This document shows, piece after piece, positions 1 to 11,623 of a DNA stretch of 64,000 nucleotides. A program made the position numbers and the translations under genes. Below the pieces are notes generated by a model. That model saw only the letters and a list, made by a program, of their open reading frames with translations, did no database searches and was not told the origin of the DNA. Origin of the DNA: an uncultured Candidatus Saccharibacteria bacterium (GTDB lineage: Bacteria > Patescibacteriota > Minisyncoccia > Minisyncoccales > Staskawiczbacteraceae); NCBI GenBank assembly GCA_964424305.1, contig CAYRHW010000002.1, forward strand, positions 2,115 to 66,114, read 5' to 3'. How positions within the stretch are numbered: position 1 is the first letter of the stretch; every line of letters begins with the position of its first letter.

Positions 1-122
1 CGACAAAAAGGCAAATTCTCAACTTTCTACTTCAGAACCTCAAATTAACGGGCAAAAAGCTCAATTTTGAACTTAAAACACCCTTTGATAGGGTGCTTCA
101 AGCAAACAACTGTTCTACCTTG

Positions 123-411
123 CTCCGGTGCCTGGATTCGAACCAGGAACCTTTTCGTTACACTAACCCTAAAATTACTTCTAGGAATGGACTATATCAT
201 CATCCCCCGAAGGGGATGCGAGGCGCTTCGAGTAAATAGACATTTACTCTACTCCCTTGCGGGATAGTCTCTACACCTTATCGCCTAAGCGATCTTGGCT
301 CGGGATTGCCCCTGTGGGGTTTCCCCGAGTTCACCTCGTTTTTCAACCTCGATTACTCGAGGAAGCTGCAACAATTTACAGCGAATTGCTCTACCGTTGA
401 GCTACACCGGA
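123..411 (-). tRNA. tRNA-Asn(GUU) interrupted by a group I intron (exons 378..411 and 123..160)
   Basis: Minus strand: TCCGGTGTAGCTCAACGGTAGAGCAATTCGCTGT + TAACGAAAAGGTTCCTGGTTCGAATCCAGGCACCGGAG. Joined exons give a cloverleaf with loop CT-GTT-AA, T-arm CCTGG-TTCGAAT-CCAGG and discriminator G. Confidence 0.93.
161..377 (-). ncRNA. Group I self-splicing intron in the tRNA-Asn anticodon (between anticodon bases 2 and 3)
   Basis: Follows an exon U and ends in G. IGS GCAGC pairs with exon GCTGT with a U-G wobble; GTTG pairs with 3' exon TAAC (P10). P7 elements GTAGAGACTA (265..274) and ATGATATAGTCC (189..200). No homing endonuclease ORF. Confidence 0.9.
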
Positions 412-547
412 ATAAACTATCTTATGTGCTACCACTCCACCAGAATGGTTTCTCTAATACTACTTTATTTCCCCGATCTTTTCAAGATAATATTCTTGCA
501 AATATAACAGAATAAAGATAATCTAGAATCATTAATACAACACGTAC

Positions 548-916
548 ATGATAAATTTTGATGATTTCAAAAAAATAGAATTGAAAATTGGGAAGATTCT
601 CACGGCGGAAAAAGTAGAGGGGAGTGATAAATTAATAAAATTAATGGTTGATTTTGGTACAACCCCAGCTACCCCGACAGAAGACGATCCAACCCCTACC
701 CCACTCAAGGTTACCAGACAAATAGTGGCTGGCATAGCAACGGCCTACGAGCCGGAATCATTGGTTGGCAAAGAGTTTGTTTTTGTTTTTAATCTTGAAC
801 CAAAAATGCTGAAAGGAATTGAAAGCCAGGGGATGATATTGGCCGCGACAGATAATGGGTTGCCCGTTCTAATATCTCCAGACAAACCAGTAGAACCAGG
901 AAGTGGCCTTCGCTAA
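548..916 (+). CDS. tRNA-binding OB-fold protein (Trbp111/CsaA/MetRS C-terminal-like)
   Basis: INFDDFKKIELKIGKI, RQIVAGI, NLEPKMLKGIESQGMILAA motifs; small Thr/Pro insert. Confidence 0.88.
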   Translation: MINFDDFKKIELKIGKILTAEKVEGSDKLIKLMVDFGTTPATPTEDDPTPTPLKVTRQIVAGIATAYEPESLVGKEFVFVFNLEPKMLKGIESQGMILAATDNGLPVLISPDKPVEPGSGLR

Positions 917-919
917 ATC

Positions 920-946
920 AAAAAGCCCCATTACGGGGCTTTTTTT
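920..946. terminator. Bidirectional intrinsic terminator between tRNA-binding gene and rpoD
   Basis: AAAAAGCCCC-ATTAC-GGGGCTTTTTTT between convergent stops. Confidence 0.85.
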
Positions 947-2138
947 AGTAGTAATCTTGTACTTTCTTTAATTCTTCGTGCTTTCTTAATTTCTCTAAAG
1001 CTTTGGCTTGGATCTGCCTAATTCTTTCTCTGGTTACTCCAAATTCTGCCCCAGTTTCTTCTAGGGTATGCATCACGCCATCTCCTAAACCAAACCTCAT
1101 CGCTAAGATTTTTAACTCTCTTGGGCTTAGATCCCCAGATAATTCTTTTAATCTTCTTGTTAAAAGCTTCTGAGCAGCTTCTGTATTCGGCGAAAGAGTT
1201 TTATCGTCTTTTATAAACTCGGCTAAAACACTTTCTTGTTTATCTTTGTCTTCTCCGACTGGGGTTTCTAATGATACTGCTTTTTGAGCAATCTTTCTTA
1301 TATGATGCACCTTATCAACCTCTAGACCCATTTCCGATGCAACTTCCTCCGCCAAAGGCTCTCTCCCCAACTCCTGTAACAGGTTCTTCCTAACTTTAGT
1401 ATATTTGGATATGGTTTCTATCATGTGGACGGGGATCCTAATAGTTCTTGCTTGGTCAGCCAATGCACGAGTAATCGATTGCCTAATCCACCAAGTCGCA
1501 TAGGTAGAAAATTTGTACCCCTTCCTCCAGTCAAACTTCTTTACTGCTTTAAATAACCCCAAATTACCTTCTTGGATAAGATCCAATAAGGTCAAATTTG
1601 GGGATCTGCCAACATATTTTTTTGCTATGGAAACGACTAATCTTAGATTAGATAGCGCTAACCTATTTTTTGCTTCTTCATCCCCATGCTCAATACGCTT
1701 AGCTAGTTCCTTTTCTTCTCTAGCAGTAAGAAAACCAACCCTGCCAATTTCCTTTAAATACATCTGAATGGGATCAATCTTACCCACAAGAACAGCCTTC
1801 TTCTTTTTCTCTTTTTTCCCAGTTTTTGATTTTACTTCTAAAAATTCTTGAGACTCTTTGATTTCGATTCCTCTCTCATTTAAAGTTTCGTAGATTCTTT
1901 CGAGCTCGCTAATATTTTGCTCTATATCTGGGAATGTATATAGAATCTCAGAGGTGGTAATAAACCCTCTTTCGTAACCCTTCTTCAGGATACTGTCCAT
2001 CTGCGCTGGAGTTGCTACCATCTTTCTTGTCCTTGTTATTATCCTTTGCTTCTTAGACTTCCTTTTCTTGATAACTTTCTTTGCCTTCTTGGGTTTTACC
2101 TTTTTGGATACTTTTTTGTTCTTTTTTTGTCTCTTCAT
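945..2138 (-). CDS. rpoD: Primary sigma factor RpoD with Lys-rich N-terminus
   Basis: [53 protein letters not shown]; downstream of dnaG. Confidence 0.96.
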   Translation of the reverse strand: MKRQKKNKKVSKKVKPKKAKKVIKKRKSKKQRIITRTRKMVATPAQMDSILKKGYERGFITTSEILYTFPDIEQNISELERIYETLNERGIEIKESQEFLEVKSKTGKKEKKKKAVLVGKIDPIQMYLKEIGRVGFLTAREEKELAKRIEHGDEEAKNRLALSNLRLVVSIAKKYVGRSPNLTLLDLIQEGNLGLFKAVKKFDWRKGYKFSTYATWWIRQSITRALADQARTIRIPVHMIETISKYTKVRKNLLQELGREPLAEEVASEMGLEVDKVHHIRKIAQKAVSLETPVGEDKDKQESVLAEFIKDDKTLSPNTEAAQKLLTRRLKELSGDLSPRELKILAMRFGLGDGVMHTLEETGAEFGVTRERIRQIQAKALEKLRKHEELKKVQDYY

Positions 2139-3946
2139 AATTCCTTCGTTAATTTGTTGAATTGTTCCATTAAACCCTCAACCTCTTGGGGTTTATCATC
2201 TTGCTCTGCTTTTTTAATCTCTGCAGAAATTTCTTTAAGTTTATTCCTAATTTCCATAGATTTCAATTGTATTAGGCATAAATGGATCTCTCCCTCGTCT
2301 TCTTCATAATCTACTTCGGCCCTTAGAGCAAGGGTGGCTAGAAAGTCTTTTATATCCGGATCTGTATCCGAGGAATTATATTTTGCTATTAAATCATCAA
2401 CGACTTTCTTAAAATCTTTTTTAATATCGTCAGTCTGGGCCAGGGCATGTTCCTGTTTTAGGGCTTCGAGCAAACTTTTAATCTTCTGAGAAAAAAACTG
2501 TAAATAATCCGCACTAATTGCCCCTAAATTCTCAGGATTTTTTAAAATCAACGAGATTATCTTTTCTTCTAAAACTCTCTTTCTCCCAATTGGTAAAAAG
2601 TTCTTAACTTCTTTAACTACCCCCACTTCCGCAATGCTTGGTTCAAATTCAAAATCAATTACTGTTTTCTTTAACTCTTCAATTACGTCTTGTTCTCTAA
2701 CCGATAGAACACTGGCTAATTTTTGGATCCAAAAGGACTGCTCTATTTTATTCGGCATCCTTTTAATCGCTGGCAATATTACCTTTCCAATTTCTTTTTT
2801 CCCCTCTGGAGTACTTTTATCATATTTTGCAGTGGCCGAATCAAAGTAAAAATCTAGAATTGATCTGGCCTGATCTAAAGATTTCTGCCATTCTTTTGGA
2901 TCTTCTTTAATAACATCGGCTGGATCAGAATCAGCCTTAGTTTGTTTAATAATCTTAATATTAAAACCGGCTTCTTGGGCTAAGCTGATGCTTCTTTTGG
3001 TGGCATTGTCTCCGGCCACATCCATATCAAAAGCCAAAAGGAGGTTTTCAGTATATCTTTTCAACATCACTAAATGGCTAGAGGTTAATGCCGTGCCGGA
3101 AACAGCAATTGTGTTCCCGAAACCAGCTTGATGAGCCATTATGGTGTCCGTATAACCCTCTGTTATTACGCATCGATTCTCTTTCCTAATTTCGATCTTT
3201 GAGAAATTCAAGCCGTACAAAGTGTGACTTTTATCATAAAGTAGTGTTTGTGGTGTGTTAATATACTTTGCCACTTCTTTTTCCCCCTCTATCTTTTCAA
3301 AAACCCTGGCACCAAAGCCAATAACTTGAGAACCCAAATCAAAGACAGGAAAGATGATCCTACCACGGAATCTATCATAATAGTTTTGCTTAGTTTCAGA
3401 TTTTACCACCAAGCCAGCTCTTTCTAATTCCTCCCGCTGATAACCCTTACCAACTAAAAAATCCGATAATCCCTGCCAGGTGTTTGGTGAATAACCCAAT
3501 CTCCACTTCTTAATACTCTCTTTGCTTATCCCCCTCCCCAATAAATACTTTTCAGCTTCCTTACCCTTAATGCTGGCCTCTAATTGCTTCTCAAAGAACT
3601 TACATGATAATTCACAAATCTCGTAAAGCTTTTGCCTGGCTGATGCTAACTGTGGATTTTGTTGCGTTAATTGTACGCCAGCTTTCTGAGCTAAAATCCT
3701 CAGTGCGTCTCCGAATTCCACCCCCTCAATTTTCATTACAAAGTCAAAGATAGAGCTGCCTTCACCGCATCCAAAACATTTCCACATTTGCCTTGCTGGT
3801 GAAACAAAAAAAGAGGGTGTCTTCTCCGAATGGAATGGACAAACGCCCCTGTAATTAGCCCCTGTTTTTTTAAGCTTGATGTATCCGCCAATCACCTCAA
3901 CCACATCCAACTTATTTTTAACCTCCTCAACTTGAGAGTTTAACAT
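2135..3946 (-). CDS. dnaG: DNA primase
   Basis: [11 protein letters not shown] zinc finger, [19 protein letters not shown] and FDMDVAG TOPRIM motifs. Confidence 0.97.
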   Translation of the reverse strand: MLNSQVEEVKNKLDVVEVIGGYIKLKKTGANYRGVCPFHSEKTPSFFVSPARQMWKCFGCGEGSSIFDFVMKIEGVEFGDALRILAQKAGVQLTQQNPQLASARQKLYEICELSCKFFEKQLEASIKGKEAEKYLLGRGISKESIKKWRLGYSPNTWQGLSDFLVGKGYQREELERAGLVVKSETKQNYYDRFRGRIIFPVFDLGSQVIGFGARVFEKIEGEKEVAKYINTPQTLLYDKSHTLYGLNFSKIEIRKENRCVITEGYTDTIMAHQAGFGNTIAVSGTALTSSHLVMLKRYTENLLLAFDMDVAGDNATKRSISLAQEAGFNIKIIKQTKADSDPADVIKEDPKEWQKSLDQARSILDFYFDSATAKYDKSTPEGKKEIGKVILPAIKRMPNKIEQSFWIQKLASVLSVREQDVIEELKKTVIDFEFEPSIAEVGVVKEVKNFLPIGRKRVLEEKIISLILKNPENLGAISADYLQFFSQKIKSLLEALKQEHALAQTDDIKKDFKKVVDDLIAKYNSSDTDPDIKDFLATLALRAEVDYEEDEGEIHLCLIQLKSMEIRNKLKEISAEIKKAEQDDKPQEVEGLMEQFNKLTKEL

Positions 3947-3998
3947 AGTGCTTCAAAATCGACTTTATCATAGCATAAATATCAAAAGTTGCCAGACT

Positions 3999-4025
3999 AA
4001 AAACGTCCCACATAAGTGGGACGTT
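3999..4025 (-). terminator. Intrinsic terminator after the SIMPL gene
   Basis: AACGTCCCAC-TTAT-GTGGGACGTT followed by Ts on the minus strand. Confidence 0.75.
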
Positions 4026-4049
4026 CTCATTAACTCAGTGCGCTGATAA

Positions 4050-4826
4050 CTATTTTATTCTGTAGGTAATGTATATATTCGCTGTTACTTCGGTCTGACC
4101 AGATTCGATTTGTGGTGCCGGAGCTGCTACGCCAAGTCCGTTAGCGGTATCCATCGATTTCTCATATAGTCCGCCTCCATAATATGGATAACTGCTATCT
4201 TGAATATTTACAATCTTCCCCAATTTCATACCAGCGGCATCAGCCATTGATTGAGCTTTTGCTTTAGCATTTTCTATGGCCTTATCGCGCGCTTGCTGAG
4301 TAGCCTTTTCTGTATCGTCAATTGCGAATTGTAAATTACCGACAAGATTCGATCCTAGGGCAGTTGCTTGATTCAATACATCGCCAATTTTAGTGAAATC
4401 CCTAACCTTTACGGCGACCTGCTGGCTCATTGTGTAGCCCTTGAATGTTCTCACCCCAGTTTTTTGGGCATACTCATAGCGTGGTTCCAAACTATATTGA
4501 GTTGTGGTGATATCTTTTGCATCAATATTCTCAGTCACCTTTAGCATATTAATAATCGCATTCATCTTGCTCGCATTCTGCCCTACTATGGTTGGCACAT
4601 CTACTCCATCGGTTGTGACTCCAAAGTTAAGCAAAACAATATCTGGAACAATAGAGACCTTCCCCTCGGCACTAACTGTTATCTCTCGAGGATAAAAATC
4701 GGGAATATTTCGGTAATCAACCATCGCCCTAACTACATAGGAACCGGTAATGGCAACCACCAAAACAACTGCTAGCATGAATAGGCCCGAAGTAAGCCCA
4801 TGCCTTTTTATTATTGTTTCTTCCAT
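4050..4826 (-). CDS. SIMPL (DUF541) domain protein
   Basis: N-terminal TM, ITVSAEGKVSIVPD, ARDKAIENAKAKAQSMA, IESGQTEVTANIYITY. Confidence 0.88.
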   Translation of the reverse strand: MEETIIKRHGLTSGLFMLAVVLVVAITGSYVVRAMVDYRNIPDFYPREITVSAEGKVSIVPDIVLLNFGVTTDGVDVPTIVGQNASKMNAIINMLKVTENIDAKDITTTQYSLEPRYEYAQKTGVRTFKGYTMSQQVAVKVRDFTKIGDVLNQATALGSNLVGNLQFAIDDTEKATQQARDKAIENAKAKAQSMADAAGMKLGKIVNIQDSSYPYYGGGLYEKSMDTANGLGVAAPAPQIESGQTEVTANIYITYRIK

Positions 4827-4862
4827 ATTTTTATTAAATTAATTAATATATTTTACTACTTT

Positions 4863-6095
4863 TTAAGAAACCACACCAATAATATCAGCCAGAGGAACCA
4901 ATCTCGCCTCTTTTTCATTTCTTTTCTTTAATTCAACGCTTTCTTCTGCTAAGGTTTTCTTGCTTAATACCAACCGAATCGGCAAACCGATGAGGTCAGC
5001 TTCGGCAAACTTCTCCCCCGCTGTCTTGCCCTCTCTATCATCATAGAGTACCTCCCCCCCCTTGCCCATCATTTCATCGTAAAGTCTATCTGCCTCTGTT
5101 TCTGCCCCGTCTAACGCAATTAAATGCACTTTGAAGGGCGCGACATCCTCTGGCCAGACAATACCACCCTTATCGTGGAATAACTCGACTATGGTGCCCA
5201 TTAGGCGCCCCAGACCAATGCCGTAGCACCCCATTGTAAGGATTACATCATTCCCCTTCTCGTCTTTAACCTTAAGATCAAAGGGGGCTGAATATTTTGT
5301 CCCGAGTTTAAAGATATTCCCAACTTCGATTGACTTAGCCTCCTCAAGCTTCTTCTGGCCGCATCCTGGGCAAGCCGGCACATCATTAATAATCTCCTTG
5401 TTCACTGCGACCCTACATTTTTTACAAATGTGTATGGTATCTTCTCCAGCCTCGCAAAGTGTCTGGAATTCATGAGAGTATTTAGAGAAAGAGCCACCAG
5501 ATGCAAAGGTAAGATAGGTTTGCTCACCAATGCCCATTCGGCTAAATATTCTAATGTACGAATTAGTAACTTCTGTGTAATAATTATCCAAATCTTCTTC
5601 TGTTAAATGAAAGGAGTACAAGTCTTTCATTAAAAATTCTCTCCCACGAAGAATCCCGGATTTTGATCGTAGCTCCATCCTAAACTTATTCTGGAACTGG
5701 TAAACAGCAAAAGGAAGGTCGCGGTATGATTGAATATATTTTTTAACCAATGGAGAAACAATTTCCTCGTGCGTACCTCCAAGGGCAAATTCTCTGTCAC
5801 TTGCATCTTTCACTTTGTATAGATCATCCATTGTGCTCCAACGGCCAGTTTGTTCCCAATTCTCTTTTGGCTGAAGTGAGGGCATAAATATCTCTTGCCC
5901 TCCGACTGCGTTCATTTCTTCACGAATAATATTTTCTATCTTCTTAATTACTCGTAGACCCAATGGTAGATACGTGTAAACTCCGGCCATTACTTTATCA
6001 ATAAATCCGGCACGAATTAATAGCTGTGCGTTCAAACTCACCTCATCTTTTGGTGATTCTTTTTTGGTCTTAGTGAAAAGCTGTGATTGTTTCAT
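4863..6095 (-). CDS. proS: Prolyl-tRNA synthetase, short form without the INS editing domain
   Basis: LLIRAGFI, THEE, SYRDLP, QNKFRMELR, REFLMKDLYSF, MGCYGIG, anticodon-binding C-terminus. Confidence 0.95.
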   Translation of the reverse strand: MKQSQLFTKTKKESPKDEVSLNAQLLIRAGFIDKVMAGVYTYLPLGLRVIKKIENIIREEMNAVGGQEIFMPSLQPKENWEQTGRWSTMDDLYKVKDASDREFALGGTHEEIVSPLVKKYIQSYRDLPFAVYQFQNKFRMELRSKSGILRGREFLMKDLYSFHLTEEDLDNYYTEVTNSYIRIFSRMGIGEQTYLTFASGGSFSKYSHEFQTLCEAGEDTIHICKKCRVAVNKEIINDVPACPGCGQKKLEEAKSIEVGNIFKLGTKYSAPFDLKVKDEKGNDVILTMGCYGIGLGRLMGTIVELFHDKGGIVWPEDVAPFKVHLIALDGAETEADRLYDEMMGKGGEVLYDDREGKTAGEKFAEADLIGLPIRLVLSKKTLAEESVELKKRNEKEARLVPLADIIGVVS

Positions 6096-6153
6096 AATAT
6101 TGTTTATCTATTTTAGCACAAATCTAGAACGCGGGAAGATCCGCTGATATATT

Positions 6154-6741
6154 TTAATTACTTTTACTAATATTTAAAACCTTCCCATAGCTGATGGCAA
6201 AAAGTAGAGAAATGTTTATAAAAACTAAATACACCGCAAATGCATACTGAGGGAATACCCAATACTCAATTGCAGCAAAGCTTGTTAGGGCACTTATTAA
6301 AAAAGTTAAATACAGTGTTGCAGATTCTGACTCTGGGTTGGTCCACGCTTTCTTTAGTGTTGGTATTGCTGCAAAGGCATCACTGGCGATAGCAAGAACA
6401 ATTGCAATATTTGCTTCTTTCGTAATTAACCATAATATCAACGCCAACGCAGAAAGAAACCCACAAAGATAATCAAAAAGCTTTATTTCCCAATATGCTT
6501 TCTTGCTAAATAGGGAAGCAATAAATATACAAAGAGGGCCGAAACCAGACATAAACACAGGAAGAACTGCCCAAGTTACTCCCTTAGATAATGCGGCAAC
6601 AGTTGCAATAAGTGGAGCGATAGACCACATTAACCAACCAACCTTATTGGGTTTAACCCTTCCACTCAGAGTATCTTTAAAATATATAACAGTCCCATAT
6701 ACTGCACATATAAAACCTAAAAAAACTAAAAATTGAAGCAT
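6154..6741 (-). CDS. Hypothetical multi-pass membrane protein
   Basis: 195 aa with about 7 hydrophobic segments; AAIPTLKKAWTNPESE loop. Confidence 0.7.
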   Translation of the reverse strand: MLQFLVFLGFICAVYGTVIYFKDTLSGRVKPNKVGWLMWSIAPLIATVAALSKGVTWAVLPVFMSGFGPLCIFIASLFSKKAYWEIKLFDYLCGFLSALALILWLITKEANIAIVLAIASDAFAAIPTLKKAWTNPESESATLYLTFLISALTSFAAIEYWVFPQYAFAVYLVFINISLLFAISYGKVLNISKSN

Positions 6742-6756
6742 AAAAATTTTCTAAAG

Positions 6757-6839
6757 CGGAGGGGACAGGAGTCGAACCTGCAAGCCCTTGCGGGCGCACG
6801 CTTTCCAAGCGTGTTCCTTGCCATTCGGAGCACCCCTCC
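6757..6839 (-). tRNA. tRNA-Ser(GGA)
   Basis: GGAGGGG/CCCCTCC acceptor stem, CACGC-TTGGAAA-GCGTG anticodon arm, long variable arm GCCCGCAAGGGC, GGTTCGACTCC. Confidence 0.95.
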
Positions 6840-6846
6840 AAATTTT

Positions 6847-7176
6847 TTAATGGCTTACCCTTGCCGCATAGTTAAATGCGTAAAAATAATTATTCCATTT
6901 TTCATCGCTGGAAGCATAGATGTTATCAAACATAAAATAATCTACCAAACATTCTCTCGTCAATAAAATCTCTTTTAATCTTTTTTTATTTCTGGGAGAC
7001 TCAATCGTCAAATCTAGCAATTCTAACCCTCTTTCAAAAGCGGCACTACTTCTTTTTTTATCTATTTTACGCCAGTTTATCGCCCTGCCAACTTCAGCCC
7101 CGACGTTTGCCATCTGCTCAAAAATAGACAGTTTCTGCCATCTCTCTACCGTTAAATCTTGGTGAAGGACGGTCAT
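6847..7176 (-). CDS. Hypothetical protein, translationally coupled to the upstream gene
   Basis: 109-aa ORF (EQMANVGAEVGRA motif) with ATGA overlap to 7173..7517. Confidence 0.75.
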   Translation of the reverse strand: MTVLHQDLTVERWQKLSIFEQMANVGAEVGRAINWRKIDKKRSSAAFERGLELLDLTIESPRNKKRLKEILLTRECLVDYFMFDNIYASSDEKWNNYFYAFNYAARVSH

Positions 7177-7517
7177 TTTTTTATCAATTTATTCACAATT
7201 TCAATTATTTTTTTCCTTGTCTCCGGGTTATCTACTCCTCTCGTCCTATTATTCCACCCTGGCTTTATATTTATCATTGAATCGAATTCAATAAATTCTT
7301 CGCCACCCCTATCTGGCCATATATTTATCCCCCAAAGATTCTTTGGCTCAGAATTTTCTTCCTCTATCAGCAATTGCTCTTCATCTACGTGCAATGGCGC
7401 ATCAACTGCCATAATTCCTCTTTCAACGTCAATTACTGCCTTAACCAAACTTTCGTACATCTTTTTAGACATTTCTTTTAATTCTAAGACTTCTATTTTA
7501 TCTTTTACAATTTTCAT
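7173..7517 (-). CDS. DUF5674-like protein
   Basis: VKAVIDVERGIMAVDAPLHVDEEQLL, LWGINI, IEFDSMINIKP. Confidence 0.75.
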   Translation of the reverse strand: MKIVKDKIEVLELKEMSKKMYESLVKAVIDVERGIMAVDAPLHVDEEQLLIEEENSEPKNLWGINIWPDRGGEEFIEFDSMINIKPGWNNRTRGVDNPETRKKIIEIVNKLIKK

Positions 7518-7521
7518 ATGA

Positions 7522-8421
7522 TTATACTTTCGTATCTCTTAAGGCCCTTATCCTCTCTTCCACCGGCGGATGCGTTGAGAATATTCTCACAAACCAATCC
7601 CTGGCTTGTTTACCTTTGAATGGGGAGGATATGAAAAGATGGCTTGTGGCACTATTGGCTACCTGCATTGGAGCAGCATCTTGGGATATCTTTTCCAATG
7701 CCCTGGCCAACCCCTCGGGGTACCTTGTTAAAAGCGCCCCATCGGCATCAGCCAGAAACTCTCTCTTCCTTGATATCGCTAATTTGATTAAATTACCAGC
7801 TATTGGCGCTAGGATAGCAGCGACCAAACCAAGCAACATTAATAACCCAGCACTTTTATTATCCTCCGAATCTCCTCCCCTCCTGCTTCTAAAACCAATC
7901 CTCAAAAACCAATTAGACAGTATGGCGATGATACCAACCAAAACAACAATGGCAGTTCCCAACAACATATCTTTATTCCCAATGTGCGATAGCTCATGGG
8001 CGATAACTCCTTCCAACTCTTGTTTATCTAATTTATTCAAAAGCCCCCTTGTTACAGCAATAACAGCATGTTTAGCATTGCGACCAGTTGCGAAAGCATT
8101 TAATTGTTTTTCCTCGAGAATAAATATCTTTGGCAACGGCAACCCCGCTGTAATACAAAGATTTTCTACCACCCTATAAAGATCGGGATTATCTGATTTC
8201 TGTATTGGTTTCGCCTTCATCATTGAAAGAACAATTTTATCAGAGTACCAATAGCTAGAGAAACTCATAACAACACTAAGAATCACCGCCCCAAATAATA
8301 TGATTTGGTCGTCCATGATATAGCTAAAGAGCCACCCCAGGGCAATGATGAAAAGCAAAAAGCCGATAACTAAGAACCATGTCTTACGGGTATTAGAATC
8401 GGCTTGCGTATATAATGTCAT
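7522..8421 (-). CDS. htpX: HtpX-family zinc metalloprotease (M48)
   Basis: NAFATG, HELSH (HEXXH), SRKREFLAD, STHPP. Confidence 0.93.
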   Translation of the reverse strand: MTLYTQADSNTRKTWFLVIGFLLFIIALGWLFSYIMDDQIILFGAVILSVVMSFSSYWYSDKIVLSMMKAKPIQKSDNPDLYRVVENLCITAGLPLPKIFILEEKQLNAFATGRNAKHAVIAVTRGLLNKLDKQELEGVIAHELSHIGNKDMLLGTAIVVLVGIIAILSNWFLRIGFRSRRGGDSEDNKSAGLLMLLGLVAAILAPIAGNLIKLAISRKREFLADADGALLTRYPEGLARALEKISQDAAPMQVANSATSHLFISSPFKGKQARDWFVRIFSTHPPVEERIRALRDTKV

Positions 8422-8427
8422 GACAAA

Positions 8428-8982
8428 TTAGAACTTCACTGCCACCGCTTCTCTCTGTGCTGCATCAGCAATCTCAAACAATTCTGCTTGTTTAAAAGAA
8501 AATGCTGAAGAGATTACGTTAGATGGGAAACTCTCTATTTTCGTATTCAGTTCCATAACATTGGTGTTATAGAATCGTCTAGCTGCCTGGATTTTATCTT
8601 CCGTGTCTCCGAGCTCTTTCTGTAATTCTAGGAAATTTATTGAAGCTTTTAAATCGGGATAATTTTCAGATACAGCAAATAGACTTTTAAGAGTATCGGA
8701 CAACATGTTTTCTGCACCAGCTTTATCCTTCATTCCCTGCGCACCCATCGCCCTTGTCCTAGCTGCAGTAACATTCTCAAATAACTGTTTCTCGTGAGTG
8801 GCATATCCCTTAACAGTTTCTACTAAATTGGGAATAAGATCATATCTTCTTTTCAACTGCACATCTATATCTGCCCAGGCTTCTTTCGTCCTGTTTCTCA
8901 TCTTAATAAGGGTGTTGAATGTTCCAATCACCCACAAAAGGAGGACGGCTATAATAATTACTACGATATATGTTAGACTCAT
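8428..8982 (-). CDS. lemA: LemA family protein
   Basis: N-terminal [36 protein letters not shown]. Confidence 0.95.
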   Translation of the reverse strand: MSLTYIVVIIIAVLLLWVIGTFNTLIKMRNRTKEAWADIDVQLKRRYDLIPNLVETVKGYATHEKQLFENVTAARTRAMGAQGMKDKAGAENMLSDTLKSLFAVSENYPDLKASINFLELQKELGDTEDKIQAARRFYNTNVMELNTKIESFPSNVISSAFSFKQAELFEIADAAQREAVAVKF

Positions 8983-9016
8983 GTTTTTTTCTCGACGAAA
9001 GTCGAGTATTAATTAT

Positions 9017-9550
9017 TTATTTAGGTATCCCCTCCCTAATCATTGTTGTTATTAGGGGATGCTGAACCGAGAACTTATAGCTCAACAACTTTAAAAGGCT
9101 AAAAAAATCTAGGATTTCGGATCTAAAGCTTTCCGGACCAACAAATATCTCTCCAAACTCCTGTACCAAATTCCTTGAGAAGTTATACAATACCTCGTAA
9201 TCTGATCTCTCTTTTAAGTATTTAATAATCTTCTTAAATTCTCCTTTATCTAACCAAATACCATGGCATACGTTGCAAAGATCAATCTTTGTTTTCGCCT
9301 CATCATACTGCACTTCATAGAGGGGCATTCTGCATTCTGGACACAGCCTGTTCCCCCTAGATATTTCAAACTTTTTAATGTCTCTCCACAAATCAATGTC
9401 CAACCAATTCAGCGATGGATCTTTTTTATCCTTTGCCTGTCTTAATTCATCGTGATCAAACCACATACCCAAGCAACTTGGACAGTATTCAATCTCGACG
9501 TTTAACAGGATGGCTTTATCTAAACTTTTCTTACAACTGGGACATTCCAT
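9017..9550 (-). CDS. Tandem zinc-ribbon (zf-TFIIB-like) protein
   Basis: CPSC...CPSCLGMWFDHDEL and CPEC...CNVCHGIWLDKGEF. Confidence 0.8.
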   Translation of the reverse strand: MECPSCKKSLDKAILLNVEIEYCPSCLGMWFDHDELRQAKDKKDPSLNWLDIDLWRDIKKFEISRGNRLCPECRMPLYEVQYDEAKTKIDLCNVCHGIWLDKGEFKKIIKYLKERSDYEVLYNFSRNLVQEFGEIFVGPESFRSEILDFFSLLKLLSYKFSVQHPLITTMIREGIPK

Positions 9551-9614
9551 ATACTAATAATTCTAACAAAAACCCCCCATGTATTCAAGGGAGGGTTCTT
9601 GTATATATTCTGGG

Positions 9615-11529
<1,915 letters not shown>

Positions 11530-11561
11530 ATTGTTTATATATTAATTAATCTAATAACCAG

Positions 11562-11590
11562 ATTTTATTCTTAATAATGCTAGTTGTCAA
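11562..11590 (-). promoter_or_regulatory. Sigma70-type promoter of groES-groEL
   Basis: TTGACA-17 nt-TAAAAT. Confidence 0.75.
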
Positions 11591-11623
11591 TGTAAAAAAA
11601 GAGGCTGGCGGAGACCAACCCTA
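11591..11623 (-). terminator. Intrinsic terminator of sigma gene 1 (paralog of 12775..12808)
   Basis: GGGTTGG-TCTCCG-CCAGCCT-CTTTTTTT. Confidence 0.75.

Noticed and set aside
67-515. ORFs 67..267, 295..507 and 306..515
   Set aside because: Antisense to the intron-containing tRNA-Asn; no protein-like features or homing-endonuclease motifs
11530-11590. Possible CIRCE operator upstream of groES
   Set aside because: Only a partial CTAGCATT resemblance; no TTAGCACTC-N9-GAGTGCTAA inverted repeat
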